A stretch of DNA of 64,000 bases from Octopus sinensis (GCF_006345805.1 NC_042999.1:160766001-160830000); one strand, 5' to 3'; shown: positions 1 to 13,605, counted from the first letter of the stretch. The notes: generated by a model from the sequence alone, not told the origin. Numbers and translations are program-made.

Positions 1-614
1 GAGTGCTGGCTTCACCACTTTGAGCCAGAGACAATCCATGCTGTGGAAACACCCCTCCTCATCTCTTCAAAGAAGGTCATGATCATTTCACCTACAAAGG
101 TGGTGATGGCTTGTCCTTTATGAAGCAAAAGGTATTGTGTTTATTGACTGTCTTGAAAAGGGCCACACCATCAATGGAGAGTGCTATTCCAACTTCCTGT
201 GGCAGTTATGAAACACTATTAAGGTCAAACACTCAGGAAAACTGATGAGAGGTGTCTTGTTTCATCAGGAGAATGCCCCAGCACACAATCCTTGGTTTCA
301 ATGGCTGTTGTGCATGACTATGGCTTTGAACCTGCTGACCACCCTCCCTATTCTTCTCATTTAGCCCAATCTGTTGCCCAGCATGTAAAAAACACTTGGC
401 TGGGAACCAGTATGACAGTGATGATGTCATATATACTGTTGACTATTTTGACCAACAGGATAAAAGCTTCTTCACCAATGAGATCCAAACACTGCAACAC
501 CAATGGAAGATGTGTGTGGACCACAAAAGAGAGTATGTTGAAAAATAAATTTCATTTGGTCACATTCCATGAGTGTATCTTGGTTGACCTGTGAACTTTT
601 CAGCCAACCTTCGT
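1..614 (+). mobile_element. Decayed mariner transposon, 3' part with right TIR
   Basis: Starts in a degenerate WVHHFEPET-like stretch, has remnants of the DNAPAH and YSPDLAPSD regions, and ends in gaacttttcagccaaccttcgta (mariner-type TIR + TA). Confidence 0.75.
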
Positions 615-709
615 AGAGTGAAGACTGGAGTAAATATTACTGAATATTTACTTCAAAACTACATTTTCAAAAAACCATATCCAAGAACATTAAAGTCTGA
701 TTTTTAATT

Positions 710-860
710 TCATAGACAGCGTCATTGAGAGGCCTTATGGAATATCCTATAATACTATAACATTCCTGAGAAGTATGTCAATATCGTTAGGAATATCTAT
801 GTAAATTCAAAATGTTGTGTACAAAGAGACTCAGGTGATATAGGTCAACAGGTATTAGTA
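710..860 (+). mobile_element. LINE reverse transcriptase fragment (RTE/L2-like), decayed
   Basis: Manual translation resembles DSV..LWNIL..YNIPEKYVNIVRNIYVNSKCCV, typical of a non-LTR RT domain. Confidence 0.45.
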
Positions 861-899
861 CAAATAAACAAAAACTTTTTACACAGAATATTCACCAAC

Positions 900-1210
900 T
901 GTAACTTCACCAACGTAAATACATACCCATTAGACAGAAAGTTCTTGACCAAAGAATTAGTCCACTTAGTAACTATCTATTCTCACTCTTCAAACCTAAC
1001 ATACATCAATCTTAGAGCCAACATATTTAAGAGTAGTTATTATAAACAAACAGATTTCTCATAACACCAGCAGAAGAAATATTCCTTTATCACAACACAT
1101 ATGGTCACTGAAAGAAAATAATAAACCCTATACTATAAAGCAGAAAATATTCTCGTTATCCAAACCTTATTCTGATAATCATAGGCCTTGCCAATTACAC
1201 ACCACCAAAT
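900..1210 (+). mobile_element. Penelope-like element GIY-YIG endonuclease remnant
   Basis: Decayed frame resembles CN..TNVNT.PLD.K.LTKELV..VTI...TYI.L.AN.FKS.YYK.....LSQHIWSLKENNKPYTIK.KI.S.SKPY...CQL, homologous to the ORF at 55522-55806. Confidence 0.65.
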
Positions 1211-1349
1211 CACTTGAGATTTGGTGGTGCATAATTTGGTGGTCTCTTCCAAACTACTAAATAAAAATTCTGGACTAATCATTAAATGCCTACATAAAAC
1301 TTACAAATCACTCAGACACTTTAAACCCATGCAAATTCACAAATAGATA

Positions 1350-1920
1350 ACACTGTCTAGCATAATCCGTTCTTCATAAAATTATGTTTCAAAAAAAAAA
1401 CAGTTCACAGAGCTCAGAGAGTTATTACCTCTGTTGGCAACAAAAAGTCTCCCTCAGAGTGAAAGATAAAATGTATAATGCTTGTGTATGAATGGCTATA
1501 TCCATGGTAGTGAAACATGGGCTCTGAATGAAGAAGACATATGTAGACTAGACAGGAATGAAGGCAGCCTGCTCCATTGGATGGGCAACATCAGTGTGCA
1601 TGTATGACAAAGTGCAAATGTGTTGCGAGAAAAGTTAGGCTTAAAAGGAATTAAGACTACGTTAGTTTGCACATGTGATGCATATGAATAAAGACGGCTG
1701 TATAAAGAAGTGCCAATCACTGAAAGTGGATGGCACCTGTGGAAGAAGGAGATCTGGGAAGACATAGGATAAAGTGGTGAGGACCAACCTCAGGATGTTG
1801 GGCTACGTTGAGAAAGCGACAATATACCGAGATGTCTGGTGACAGGAGATTCTTGAGAAGACCCACCCACGTCAACAAAACTGAGTTTTAGAAGCGCAAT
1901 GGGTTCCACCCACATGTAAC
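1350..1920 (+). mobile_element. RTE-clade LINE, decayed ORF C-terminus
   Basis: Remnants of ELLPLL...SLRVK..YNACV..MLHGSETWAL and of the RWYGHV/TW..VVR regions of RTE ORF ends. Confidence 0.65.
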
Positions 1921-2399
1921 AAGAATAAAACTTTTCCCACACCCTACCCCCAACAAACCAAACTACATCTCTTCTCTTCCTCACATTTCCTCTTTTCGTG
2001 TACTTTGCTTATGCTTATCTCATGCTCCACAACCCTGTCCTCATTTCCCTGCTCACTGTATCATTGCTATCCTGTTGCTCCACAACCCTCTATATACCCA
2101 GGTTTTACCAGTCACTGTATCCCCCCACACAGACACACTCTTTGCATTCACTCTACTCCCTAGCATTTATATTTTGACCCCATACCTAGAGGGTATACCA
2201 TGGTAATTTGCTACCATCCATCTCTCCCTTGCTCTACTCTACCATCCCTTTATATCCTGATCTGCTTGTTGTGAGTATACCCTGGCACTTGGCCACCATC
2301 TCTCTCTCTCTCTCTCACCAGGTAACTATGTATCTCCTCTACAGCAAGACACCTGTTTCTGTCACTTTGTCACACTCTAACCTTTGCCTAGCAAGTTAC

Positions 2400-2712
2400 T
2401 TGGTGACCCTGCCAGTGCTGGTGCCATGTAAAAAGTAACCAGTCCACACTGTAAAATGGTTGGCATTTGGAAGGGCATCCAGCTGTAAACACCATACCAA
2501 AACTGACCTTGTCTGTGCTAGCGACACATGAAAAACACTCAGTTCACTTTGCAAGGTGGTAAGTGTTAAGAAGAGCATTCAGCCATAAAAACAATACCAA
2601 AACAGACACTGAAGCCTAGTGCAGTCTTCTGCCTAGCCAGCTCGTCAAATCATCCAACCCATGCCAGCATGGAAAGCAAACATTAAATGTTGATGATGAT
2701 GATGATGATGAT
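2400..2712 (+). mobile_element. RTE LINE 3' UTR with (GAT)n tail
   Basis: ggaagggcatccagctgtaaa motif, aacccatgccagcatggaaagc end, then gatgatgat. Confidence 0.8.
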
Positions 2713-3114
2713 GATAGACCCTCCTTGTATTTGTATATACATTTCTAAAGGCAGTACCTATCTATATACTGTTATGATAAGGAGTATGCAAGTATTTCAA
2801 GGAAATGCTTGCATACTATATATACTTGCATATCATATATATGAGCACACACATACATATATAATATGTACATATAATAGTGCAATCAATTATAATGAAT
2901 TGGAAACAGACTTCAGCTAACAATTGAGTACAAAGATTATAGAGATTAATAGTGAAACTACTATTGAAGGAAAACTACAGATAACATAATCCTGGTAAGA
3001 CATGAGCATAAGAACCACTACAAATGGCAATCAAATCTCCCTTTGATCATAGACCTGCTCAGTCAGGTTTGATCTTGAGATAAACAACAACAATAAACTG
3101 GTAGGACCCCCTAT

Positions 3115-3335
3115 AACCCTTTAATATTTAAACAGGCTATATTCAACCCAAATATTCTACCTGCCCTATGTTCACATTGGCCAGATCCAGTTTCTCACAC
3201 CTACCCTATAATGTCATTCTAAAAATAAACACATCATCAAAATCTCAGAATTACAATACAATACATGATTAATTCAAAACAATGTGAATAAATAAAGATT
3301 ACACTTGACAGAGTAATCTAAATGTTAAAGGATTA
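3115..3335. mobile_element. piggyBac-like (TTAA-CCC) MITE, diverged
   Basis: aaccctttaatattt ... aatgttaaaggatta termini; related copies near 17797-17987 and 18878-19101. Confidence 0.55.
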
Positions 3336-3372
3336 ATGCTTTGATATAATTCTACAATCAGTAGTTGGTAAA

Positions 3373-3737
3373 TCTTTATATATAAAAGTGAAGTTGTGTG
3401 TCTGTCTCCTACGATTTAGATTCCTAACTACTCCCACATTTTGCGGTGCAGTTTAACCAAAACCGGGTATCTTATAGTCGTGATTCATATCGAGCCCTTC
3501 TGGGTATTAGCGCGCGTCTACGATGAGTCTACGATTTAAAAAAAAATTTACCATAATTTTTTTCCATTTTAATGCATTTTTTCGCTATTATATAAGGGAA
3601 GTAACTCTCTAAAAATGTCTACGATGAGTCAACGATTTAAAAAAAAATTTACCATCATTTTTTTGCTATAACTCTCTAAAAATGCTTATATAGTTATTTC
3701 CCTTACAAACCCGAGCAACGCTGGGCGATACTGCTAG
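3373..3737 (+). mobile_element. Non-autonomous Helitron (family H1)
   Basis: 5' TCTTTATATATAAA, 3' GC hairpin cccgagcaacgctgggcg then CTAG, inserted between A and T with no TSD. Confidence 0.85.
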
Positions 3738-3979
3738 TAAATGATAAAGCTAGGTAGAGGATAAAAGCTATGTGAGACCTGGTGAGTCATTGTATACGTG
3801 CAGTTTATATGCTTCCGTGTGCAATGAAGCTTCTAGTTTATGTGACTATGTGCTTCAGATAACGAAACTGAACTTTCAAAAATACTTCAGCGTAAAGTAC
3901 AAAACAATAAACTATCAAAAACTGAACGACAAATGCAAATTTATATTGTTATTTTGATTAAAGTTTGCTTATTTGGTTA

Positions 3980-5267
3980 CGAGGGCCGTTCAATAAGTAA
4001 TGCCCCTGACCCACTTGCAGTTGTTTGATCTAGCTGAAATTTTGCATGTGCAATTATTTATATCTCTATAGATTACGTGGCAAATTACAGCTCTGATCTA
4101 ATTGTGGTTTCTGATTTACAGGTGTTTGAACTGAGTCAAGTGTGAAATGGAGCCTGTTGAGTGTCGAGCAGTGATCCGGTTTTCGTATTTGAAAGGACGC
4201 ACACCACAGGAGACTTTTGATGAAATGAAAGTAACTTATGGTGATGATGCCCCATCATATGACCTTGTAAAACGCTGGCATCGTGAATTCAAACATGGTC
4301 GGAACTCTGTGGAAACAGCTCCCAGATCTGGTCGCCCCCCCCCCTTCTGCCATTGATGAGGCATCTGTCCGTCAAGTTGAGGCTGCCATTTTGGAAGATC
4401 GATGCATAACTATTCGCCAAATAGCCCATGAGGTCAAGATTAGTACCGGGTCTGTGGAAACTATCATTCATGACCATTTGCATATGCAAAAGGTGTCTGC
4501 CAGATGAATTCCCAGGTTGCTCACACCTTTCCAGAAGCAAGAACGCGTCGAGTGCTCAAGGATGAATTTGGAGATGTGCCAAGAAGATGAATCAAAATTT
4601 ATCAAAAGACTGATTACACAGGATGAAACCTGGGTCCATCACTATAATCCAGAGACCAAAGCCCAGTCAATGCAGTGGAAGCACCGTGACTCACCTCCTC
4701 CAAAGAAGGCAAGAGTGCAGCCCTCCGCTGGCAAGGTCATGCTCACAGTCTCCTGGGACCAGGATGGAGTAGTGATGACAGATTTCCTGGCAAAGGGTAC
4801 CACAATTACAGGAGCCTATTATGCTTCACTTTTGAGGAAATTAAGAGAAGCTATCAAAATCAAGAGGCGGGGCAAGATCAGCAAAAGCATCCTCCTCCTG
4901 CAGGACAACGCTCCGGTCCACAACTCGCGTGTCACCAGATCAGAAGCACAGGCATGCAGCTATGAACTCCTCTCCTATCCCCCCTACTCTCCTGACCTTG
5001 TACCCTCTGATTTTCACCTTTTCCCAGCCATGAAGTTGTTTTTGAAAGGAAAGCATTTACCAGATGATGCAGCCTTGATTTCTGAAGTCACGTCGTGGTT
5101 GGAGGACCAAGCTGGGGTCTTCTACAAAAACGAGCTGCATCGAACGATGGGAGAAATGCGTAACTCTGGGTGGTTCCTATGTAGAAAAAGACTAATAACT
5201 GTGCCAAGTTTCGTTGCTCTACTTCTTTGGGAAGTGGGTCAGGGGCATTACTTATTGAACGCCCTCG
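3980..5267 (+). mobile_element. Full-length mariner transposon (about 1.29 kb)
   Basis: TIRs cgagggccgttcaataagtaatgcccctgacccactt / aagtgggtcaggggcattacttattgaacgccctcg, TA duplication on both sides. Confidence 0.95.
4147..5195 (+). pseudogene. Mariner DD34D transposase, disrupted
   Basis: HTH N-terminus MEPVECRAVIRF; catalytic TQDETW / LQDNAPVH / YSPDLVPSD with 34-residue spacing; frameshift at the C-run near 4340, TGA at 4505-4507, lesion near 5135. Confidence 0.9.
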
Positions 5268-5415
5268 TAAGTCTGTTTACCAAGGAAAGATAAATACCGA
5301 TATTTCAATCAAAGTCTTTCAATGGAGATGAAAGAAAAGACTTTTCTCTCCAATAAAGGACTTGCTCAAAATGTCAGTATTCTCAGTCCCAGCAAAATAC
5401 AAACTAAACTTTAAC

Positions 5416-5660
5416 AAATAATCTTTGCCATGGATGCAGGCATGACTGTGTGGTAAGAAATTTTCTGCCCAGCCATGTGGTTTAAGGTTCTGTCCCACCA
5501 CATGGCAAATTGGGCAAGTATCTTCTACTATAACTTCAAGCAGACCTAAGTCTTGTGAGTGCATTTAGTAACTAAAAACTGAAAGAAGCCTCTGTGTGTG
5601 TGTATGTGTTTGGCTTTGTGCTTGTGTTTGTTCCCCCACTTGACAAAATACCAGTCTAGA
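5416..5660 (+). mobile_element. SINE family A, diverged partial copy
   Basis: Degenerate head gcaggcatgactgtgtggtaag and ttgggcaagtatcttctac core. Confidence 0.7.
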
Positions 5661-6042
5661 CTGGTGATTGAATTTTCTCTCTGTCTTTCTCATTTTCTTT
5701 CTTCCTGGAAGACACTGGTTGTACTCAGTCTATCAAGCAACAAGCAGTTTAGACATAATTATGCAGAGAATTGCAAGCAAACAACAGAACCATTAAGAAG
5801 ACCGATGAATAGAGAACACGTGACAATGAAGAGGAAATACAAAATCACACACCCACACGCATGCACACAGGCACACATACACGCACACAAATATATACAC
5901 ACACAAAAGGCTTCTTCAGTTTTTATCAAGCAATTTGATGCACTGGGTATTGGCCAACCTGTAGCTATGGTATATTATGTTAGCCAACAATGTCCATGGT
6001 TCTGAAGCAAACTTCTTCACCACACAGCCATGTCTGTGCCTA

Positions 6043-6455
6043 TACTCTTTACTCTTTTACTTGTTTCAGTCATTTGACTGCGGCCATGCTGGAGCACCGC
6101 CTTTAATCGAGCAACTTGACCCCAGGACTTATTCTTTTGTAAGCCCAGTACTTATTCTATCGGTCTCTTTTGCCGAACCGCTAAGTAACAGGGGACATAA
6201 ACACACCAGCATCGGTTGTCAAGCAATGCTAGGGGACAAACACAGACACACAAACACACACATGCATAGATATATATATATATACATATATACGACGGGC
6301 TTGTTTCAGTTTCCGTCTACCAAATCCACTCACAAGGCTTTGGTCGGCCCGAGGCTATAGTAGAAGACACTTGCCCAAGGTGCCACGCAGTGGGACTGAA
6401 CCCGGAACCATGTGGTTGGTAGACAAGCTACTTACCACACAGCCACTCCTGCGCC
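6043..6455 (-). mobile_element. tRNA-headed SINE family A (octopus OR-type; family name uncertain), full length
   Basis: Head ggcgcaggagtggctgtgtggtaag with A/B-box-like motifs, ttgggcaagtgtcttct core, central (TA)/(TG) microsatellite, (AGTAAAAG)n tail; about 20 copies in window. Confidence 0.85.
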
Positions 6456-6911
6456 TATGAATATAATAAATTTTCCCTTGGATGCAACGCCAGTATATTG
6501 CAAATAATATGGTTACAGGAATGGTTCTATGGTTAAAAAATTCAATTGAACTGCATGGTATAGTCTATATCTTCTACCAGAGCCTTGGTTTGACCCAAGA
6601 CTACTGAGTGAAAATAGGTAGACAAGAACTATGCAGAGGCATGTTAGAGTAACTGTACCTTTAATTTGTCCCAGGTTTAATGTTATCTACAAATGTGTTA
6701 GGCCAAGTCTCCTCTGTTCTAAAGATCATAACCAAGCCTCCTACCTGAGTATAGCTTGATATACCGATGCCCTGCTTGCTATTGCAGCAATCAGTAATAG
6801 TTTCTTCCTTCTTTGTCATAGTCTTGGAGGCCTTGCAAATATCATAGGTGCAGCCTTTCCTCTTCTAACAAAACCATATCAGAAAAAAACCCCACAAAAA
6901 CCACCTATACA

Positions 6912-7120
6912 GGCACAGTGGTGGCTGTGTGGTAAGATGCTTCCTTCCTAGCCACATGGTTCCAAGTTCAGTCTCACTGCATGGCACCTTGGGCAAGTGT
7001 CTTCTACTACAGGCCCAGGCCAACCAGAGTCATGCAAGTGGATTTAGTAAAACAGAAACTGTAAGAAGCCTGGAGAGCATGTGCGCATGTATGAGTGTGT
7101 GTGTGTGTGCATATGTAATC
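6912..7120 (+). mobile_element. SINE family A, 5' half
   Basis: gtggctgtgtggtaag head through gaaactgtaagaagcc and TG tract. Confidence 0.75.
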
Positions 7121-7272
7121 TGTCAGGCACATAGTAACCGACAACAGAATGTTGTAGTCAAGTCTTACTGCATGTCCTGAGAATATATGGCTTGCTTGCC
7201 TATGAAAGTGAAAGGGGGCCACTGAGGTTGGTGTGGTGATCAGGAAAGGGGACAAATATGGAGTGGCAGTGG

Positions 7273-7512
7273 GACAGTAATGTTAATATACATATTTCTT
7301 TATTACCCACAAGGGGCTAAATATAGAGGGGACAAAGAAGGACAGACATAGGTATTAAGTCGATTATATCGACCCCAGTGCTTAACTGGTACTTAATTTA
7401 TCGACCCCGAAAGGATGAAAGGCAAAGTCGACCTCGGCGGAATTTGAACTCACAACGTAACGACAGACGAAATACTGCTAAGCATTTCGCCCGGTGTGCT
7501 AACTCTCTGCCT
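7273..7512 (-). mobile_element. tRNA-headed SINE family B (Deu/Nin-domain-like)
   Basis: Reverse strand has gaggtcgactttgcctttcatcctttcggggtcgataaattaagtacc and B-box gagttcaaattc. Confidence 0.8.
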
Positions 7513-8496
7513 AGTAATGTTAATATACAGTTGTCATTCAGAGACATGCACGCACTTTCAATCACTTTCCGTTTCGCTCATGTCTCTTTTTCTCTCATTG
7601 GCTAGTGCAGACTCCAGCCACTACACCAGCATCATTTGCAACCAGAACAAATGGGACATCATTGACAATGCCGTCTTTTCCAAGCAGCATATAACTTTCT
7701 TGTCATCTAAACTGCTTGACAACTACCTGTTGTTCTTGGAAAAACTATTGTTCTGAAAAAAAACTGAATTGAAATGAAATTAACTTTCATGTCTGATATA
7801 AAGCAACAAGCATTTGACGGTAAGACGGGAAATGTGACAGAGGAGGTAAGATATAACTTTCTATCTCTATATAAGCACATTTCTGAATTTATTAGGATAA
7901 TACGAATCTGGTCTTGCCATTGAGGTACATTATCTAAGTGGTGAATGACTGCCATTTTTTTTACTTTTGAGAGGTTGTGGGTAGGATTTGCAGCTTTTAT
8001 GGTAATTTTCATTATAATATTGGAAAGTCATATCACTTGACAAGATTCTTATAACCATTTTATTTTTCCATGTGATAATAAAACAAATATGACAATTATT
8101 ATCAATTTTATTATACATTTTTTAATATTGTGACCGTCACACAAATTCATCTGGTCAGCATTTTGGGTGTCAGTTTATTAGAGGCTACCACACCATTAGG
8201 AGAAACACGGTACATGTATAAAATATTACAAGTGTTGCTTTAAAAAGTACAAAACTAGAATTGAAAAATGCATATGCTCAAAAGGGTTACAGAATGTCAT
8301 AATAAACCTTAAAAGGTATGGGACTACCATTGTTGTCCAAAAATATTGGAATCCCTATATGCTGTACATTTTGTGGATTCCTTTGTGTTTAGTTCATTGA
8401 AATTAAGTTATATTAAAAACTAATTAAGTTAAATTATCATATACTCATTTTAACAAAATAATTGTGTACAAATACTAATGTCATTTTTATGCAATA

Positions 8497-8900
8497 CTCT
8501 TTACTCTTTTACTCCTTTACTTGTTTCAGTCATTTGACTGCGGCCATGCTGGAGCACTACCTTTAGTCGAGCAAATCAACCCCAGGACTTATTATCTGTA
8601 AGCCTTATTCTATCGGTGTCTTTTTTGTCGAACCGCTAAGTTACGGGGACGTAAACACACCAGCATCGGTTGTCAAGCGATGTTGGGGGGACAAACACAG
8701 ACACACAAACACACACACATATATATATATACATATATATGACGGGCTTCTTTCAGTTCCCTTCTACCAAATCCACTCACAAGGCTTTGGTCGGCCTGAG
8801 GCTATAGTAGAAGACACTTGCCCAAGGTGCCACACAGTGGGACTGAACCCGGAATCATGTGGTTGGTAAGCAAGCTACTTACCACACAGCCACTCCTGCG
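8497..8900 (-). mobile_element. SINE family A, full length
   Basis: Same head, core and tail as 6043-6455. Confidence 0.85.
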
Positions 8901-9109
8901 AATGATAATTCTATTAATGATAATTCTTATAAATTTACAAATAATTGATCAAAAATAATTTAGTAATAATTTGTTTGATTCACATAGGTGTGTCATAATG
9001 CAAATTATCTTTGCTTATAACTATTTCAGTTTTGTACTTTTGCTGTTATATAGATTCGACTTCATCATAAACCCAGCTTTTTTTTTTATTATCATGGTAA
9101 TTTGCATGC

Positions 9110-9435
9110 AGTGTGAAATATGTTTCTTGTGGCACGTAAAAAGCACCATCCGTTTGTGGCCGTTGCCAGCCTTGCCTGGCCCCCGTGCCGGTGGCACGTA
9201 AAAAGCACCATCCGTCCGTGGCCATTTGCCAGCTCCGTCTGGCACCTGTGTGGGTGGCACGTAAAAAGCACCCACTACACTCACAGAGTGGTTGGCGTTA
9301 GGAAGGGCATCCAGCCGTAGAAACACTGCCAGATCAGACTGGGCCTGATGCAGCCTTCTGGCTTCACAGACCCCAGTTGAACCGTCCAACCCATGCTAGC
9401 ATGGAAAGCAGACGCTAAATGATGATGATGATGAT
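9110..9435 (+). mobile_element. RTE LINE 3' UTR with (GAT)n tail
   Basis: Three gtggcacgtaaaaagcacc sub-repeats, ggcgttaggaagggcatccagcc, (gat)n tail. Confidence 0.85.
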
Positions 9436-9746
9436 GGTGGTAATTTGCATGTAGTGTGAAATGTTATTTTTATATATTTTGGTATGAAGAGTATTACAAT
9501 GAATTTACTTATTCAAAGTTAAAGATCATATTTTGTACATTTTCAAATTTTTATATTAAGAACTTGGTTTGATAATTATCACGACATCGTAATTCACACA
9601 TGAATCTCTTTTCATTTTAAGATTCCACAGAATGGACAACATATGGTGATTCCAATATTTTTGAGCAACAGTACTAGTCCCATACTATTTAAGGTTTATT
9701 ATAACAGTCTGTGACCCTTTTGAGCATGCACATTTTTCACTTCTAG

Positions 9747-10100
9747 TCATCATCATCATCATCATCGTTTAATGTCCGCTTTCCATGCTAGCATGGGTTG
9801 GACAGTTCAACTGGAGTCTGGGAAACCAAGAGGCTGCACCAGGCCCAGTCTGATCTGGCAGTGTTTCTACGGCTGGATGCCCTTCCTAACGCCAACCACT
9901 CAGTGAATGTAGTGGGTGCTTTTTACGTGCCACCGGCACAGGTGCCAGGGGTGGCTGGCAGCAGCCACAATCGGATGGTGCTTTTTATGTGCCACCAGCA
10001 CAGAGGCCAGTCGGGGTGGCGCTGGCAACGGCCACGTTTGGATGGTTCTCTTACGTGCCACCGGCACTGGTCTCACAACTACAGTTTCCATTGATTTTGA
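9747..10100 (-). mobile_element. RTE LINE 3' UTR
   Basis: (cat)n then reverse complement of the same 3' UTR. Confidence 0.85.
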
Positions 10101-10129
10101 TCGATTTCGATTTCTAGTATAAATATATA

Positions 10130-10345
10130 TCTATGTGTGTATGTTTGTGTTTGTCCCCCTTCACTGCTTGACAACTGGTGTTAGTTTGTTTGCATCTCTG
10201 TAACTTAGTGATTTGGCATAAGAGACCGATAGAATAAGTACCAGGTTTAAAATCATTAGTTCTTAGGTTGATTCATTTAACTAAAAATCTTTCAAGGAGC
10301 TTCCTTGGCAGAGCTACAGTTCAATGGCTGAAACAAGTAAAAAGA
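10130..10345 (+). mobile_element. SINE family A, diverged 3' half
   Basis: gcttgacaactggtgttagtttg ... ggctgaaacaagtaaaaga. Confidence 0.7.
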
Positions 10346-10446
10346 TATGAGGATCTGGAGTCTATTTTATTATAGTTAGGTCAACTCAGGGAAACAAAAT
10401 CAATTACACAACTCAAACATACAAAACATCTGAAATAGCTTTGAAC

Positions 10447-10836
10447 TGAAGGCTGAGTCAACAACCATATATACTGAGCTGAGAGTCAACTGCCATATAT
10501 TAATCGGAGAGTCAACTGCCATATACTAATCTGAGAGTCAACTATCATATACTGAGCTGAGAGTCAACTACTATATACTAATCTGAGAGTCAACTATCAT
10601 ATACTAATCTGAGAATCAACTATCATATACTGAACTGAGAGTCAACTATTATATACTGAGCTGAGAGTCAACTACCATATACTGAGCTGAGAGGCAACTA
10701 CCATATACTAATCTGAGAGTCAACTATCATATACTGAGCTGAGAGGCAACTACCATATACTGAGCTGAAAGTCAACAACTACATACTGGGTTGAGAGTCA
10801 ATTGCCATATACTGAGCTAAGAGTGACTACCATATA
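10447..10836. repeat. 26-bp minisatellite, about 15 copies
   Basis: Unit actgagctgagagtcaactaccatat with an actaatctgag variant. Confidence 0.9.
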
Positions 10837-12328
10837 CATTTGGCTGTTTTACTTAGTAAGTTTACAATGATAAAAACAGTTTTTTTTTATTTTTTAAATC
10901 TTTGTTGGTTGTTGGAGAAAAGCAGTGTCTGACCTTTGTATCTGCACCCCCAAAAATGGTGAGACTGACAGCTGATGCCCAACCTAAAAGTAAAGTTCTA
11001 CATGAAAAGTATAAACTGACAAGGAATTGGGGGTCTAGTCCAAAAGTGGGAACTCAGCTAAAGACATTCCAGTACCATGTCATAATATAGTTGTTTAACC
11101 ACAGGTCAGCCCTAATTGAGTTTACTAAAATCAAATGCATTTTAGTCATTATATTTTTCCATGTACAGACTATCTTATGCATTTTTCATATTTTCTTCTC
11201 AAATTGTAAGGTGTGTGATTTGACAGTCATTTGGCTGTTATTTCATGGAAAGTGAGCAACCATTGTGAGCTTCCTTGTTAATTCAAGGTGGTTGTGATAA
11301 ATCAGGTGTTGTGTAAGGCCTACCTCCATTCACCCTACGCAAAATAAAATGAAAAAATTATATCAAAGTTGTAGTATGTTATGTTGGCACCAGCACTACA
11401 GTTGTGGTCCAACTGGAAAGAGAAGGGAATTTGAACAGTGATACTTGAAAACTGGAACATGCAAAATAAATGGTTTAGATGAAAGAACAAATGGTAAGCT
11501 GTACACAAAGAAAAGACAAGGATTGGTGCCTGTGAGAAAATACATGAATTTGCCGCTATAATTGACTGACTATTTAAAAGAAAGTTTACAAGAAGGAAGA
11601 AAGTCTTGTGGTTAATAAATGCAGCTGAAAAGTAATTACATGTTAGATAGGAGGCCAATTAAAATTATGATCACAGACATTATATGTAGGCCAACAGTTA
11701 TTTCAAAAATACTAATGTCCTGAAGTAAATAGTAATTTACTTTCAGATTATTTAGGAAACAGTAGAATCCTCAACGACCATAGAACTCCTAAATTTGGCT
11801 GAGAAATCATGAATACAAAGAAAGCAAGCTATCTTCACATTAAAATACATTCACTATCTTAAGAATATATTTTAAGTCCTACTATTGTTATATATTACCC
11901 TAACTGGAAATGGACACTAACTTCCCTCCCATTTAACCCTTTTTATACTAACCTCCCTGGTGCTATGATACAAATTTCCTGTCTTAAGTGACCTAATTAG
12001 ATTCCCCTATTTGGTACACAGAAGAGATGAACATTTTATTGAGAGGTAGTTCTCAAGAAGAAAAAAAAGAGAGAAGATAGAATGTTAGTTGCAAGGCTTG
12101 GGGGCTGAGAGAAAGAACATTAGATGAAGAGACAAGGAGTTGGGTGTGTTGTGCCTTTATAACTTACGATAAGAAATGGTTTACAAACTCAAAAGAAAAC
12201 ACCTGTTTGGAGTAGTAGAAACACTGCAATACACATATTTCTGAGGGATAGAGAAAAGGGGGAAAGAGGAGTGGAAAGACAGACAGACAGAGAAAGTGAG
12301 GGAGAATAATTAAGCAACTGGACATGTA

Positions 12329-13605
12329 TTGGGTCATCCCATAAATACTGTGGATTTTTGTATTTCTTTTATTTTTCAAAATTAAAATAAACAAAGTTCT
12401 TTTCTAATCTAAAATATACTCTCTTTCATTTTCTACAATGCTCTTCCATCTATTGGGTAGACTTCCAAGGCCCCACTTCCAAAATTCACTTGTCTGTGAT
12501 GAAAAATACTCCTCCAGTACTGTTCTGACCTCATCTACAGAATTCATATTTTTTCCGTCCAAATGATTTTGAAAACTGTAAAATAAGCAATAATCAGATG
12601 GAGCAATGTCGGTGAATATGGAGGGTGGGGCATTGTTTCCCATTCAAACTGCTCCAGCCTTTTGAATGTCATCCTCACTGTATGTAGCTGAGCATCACCC
12701 TGATGGAAGATCACCTTTCATCTTGAAACCAAAGATGGTCGTTTTTCTTCTAGCGCTGACTTAAGCCACTCAAGCTGCTTGTAGTAGATTTCCCTTGTTA
12801 TTGTTTGGTTTGGGTTTAAAAGTTCAAAGTGAACTAAACCTTTCATATCCCACCAAACAGGTAACAACACCCTACATGGATGAAGACCTTCTTTAACTTG
12901 GGGTGCTGATGTTTCTCCTTTCCCTACCCAATATCTTTGGCACTTTTCATTTTTACAGAGAACCCATTTCTTGTCACCAGTCACTATTCAGTCCAAAAAA
13001 GGTTCATTCATGAGACATGACAGCAAAGAAGAGCACACATTCACTCTCTGCATGTAATTAGACTCAGAAAGTTTGTGAGGAACCCATTGACCCAATTTGC
13101 TGACTTTTCTGATGGCATGCAAGTGTCAATGAATGGTTGAATGACCAAATCCAAGCTTTTCTGCTAGTTCCTCAACAGTTATGATGGGATTTTCTTCCAT
13201 CAGGGTTTGCAGGGCCTCCTTGTCAAGCACTACAGATTTTCCAGGACAAGGCTCATCTTCTAGGCTGTAGTTTCCAGCTTGGAATTTCTGGAACCACCAT
13301 TGACACTGGCTTATACTTATTGTCTGATTCTCATATTCTGCATTAATATTTCCGTTGCATTGTTGCCTTTATTCAACTCATAAAGCAAAATATGCTGAAT
13401 ATGCTCCTTTGTCACTTCCATTATAGCTTTGAAAAAATAACTGTTAAAATCGAACTGCACTTTTCAAGACTTGCACTAAGATTAAGAACAAGGTAAAATT
13501 ACTTCCAGCTTTTATAGCAAGTTGATGCAGGAAGTTTATCCTGTCCTCCTCTGACTTTTAGTTTATGCAATTGAAAAAAACCGCATTATTTATGGGATGA
13601 CCCAA
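12329..13605 (-). mobile_element. Full-length decayed mariner (second subfamily)
   Basis: TIRs ttgggtcatcccataaata / tatttatgggatgacccaa flanked by TA; minus-strand ORF pieces TGDKKWVL and DIAPSDYCLF. Confidence 0.9.
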
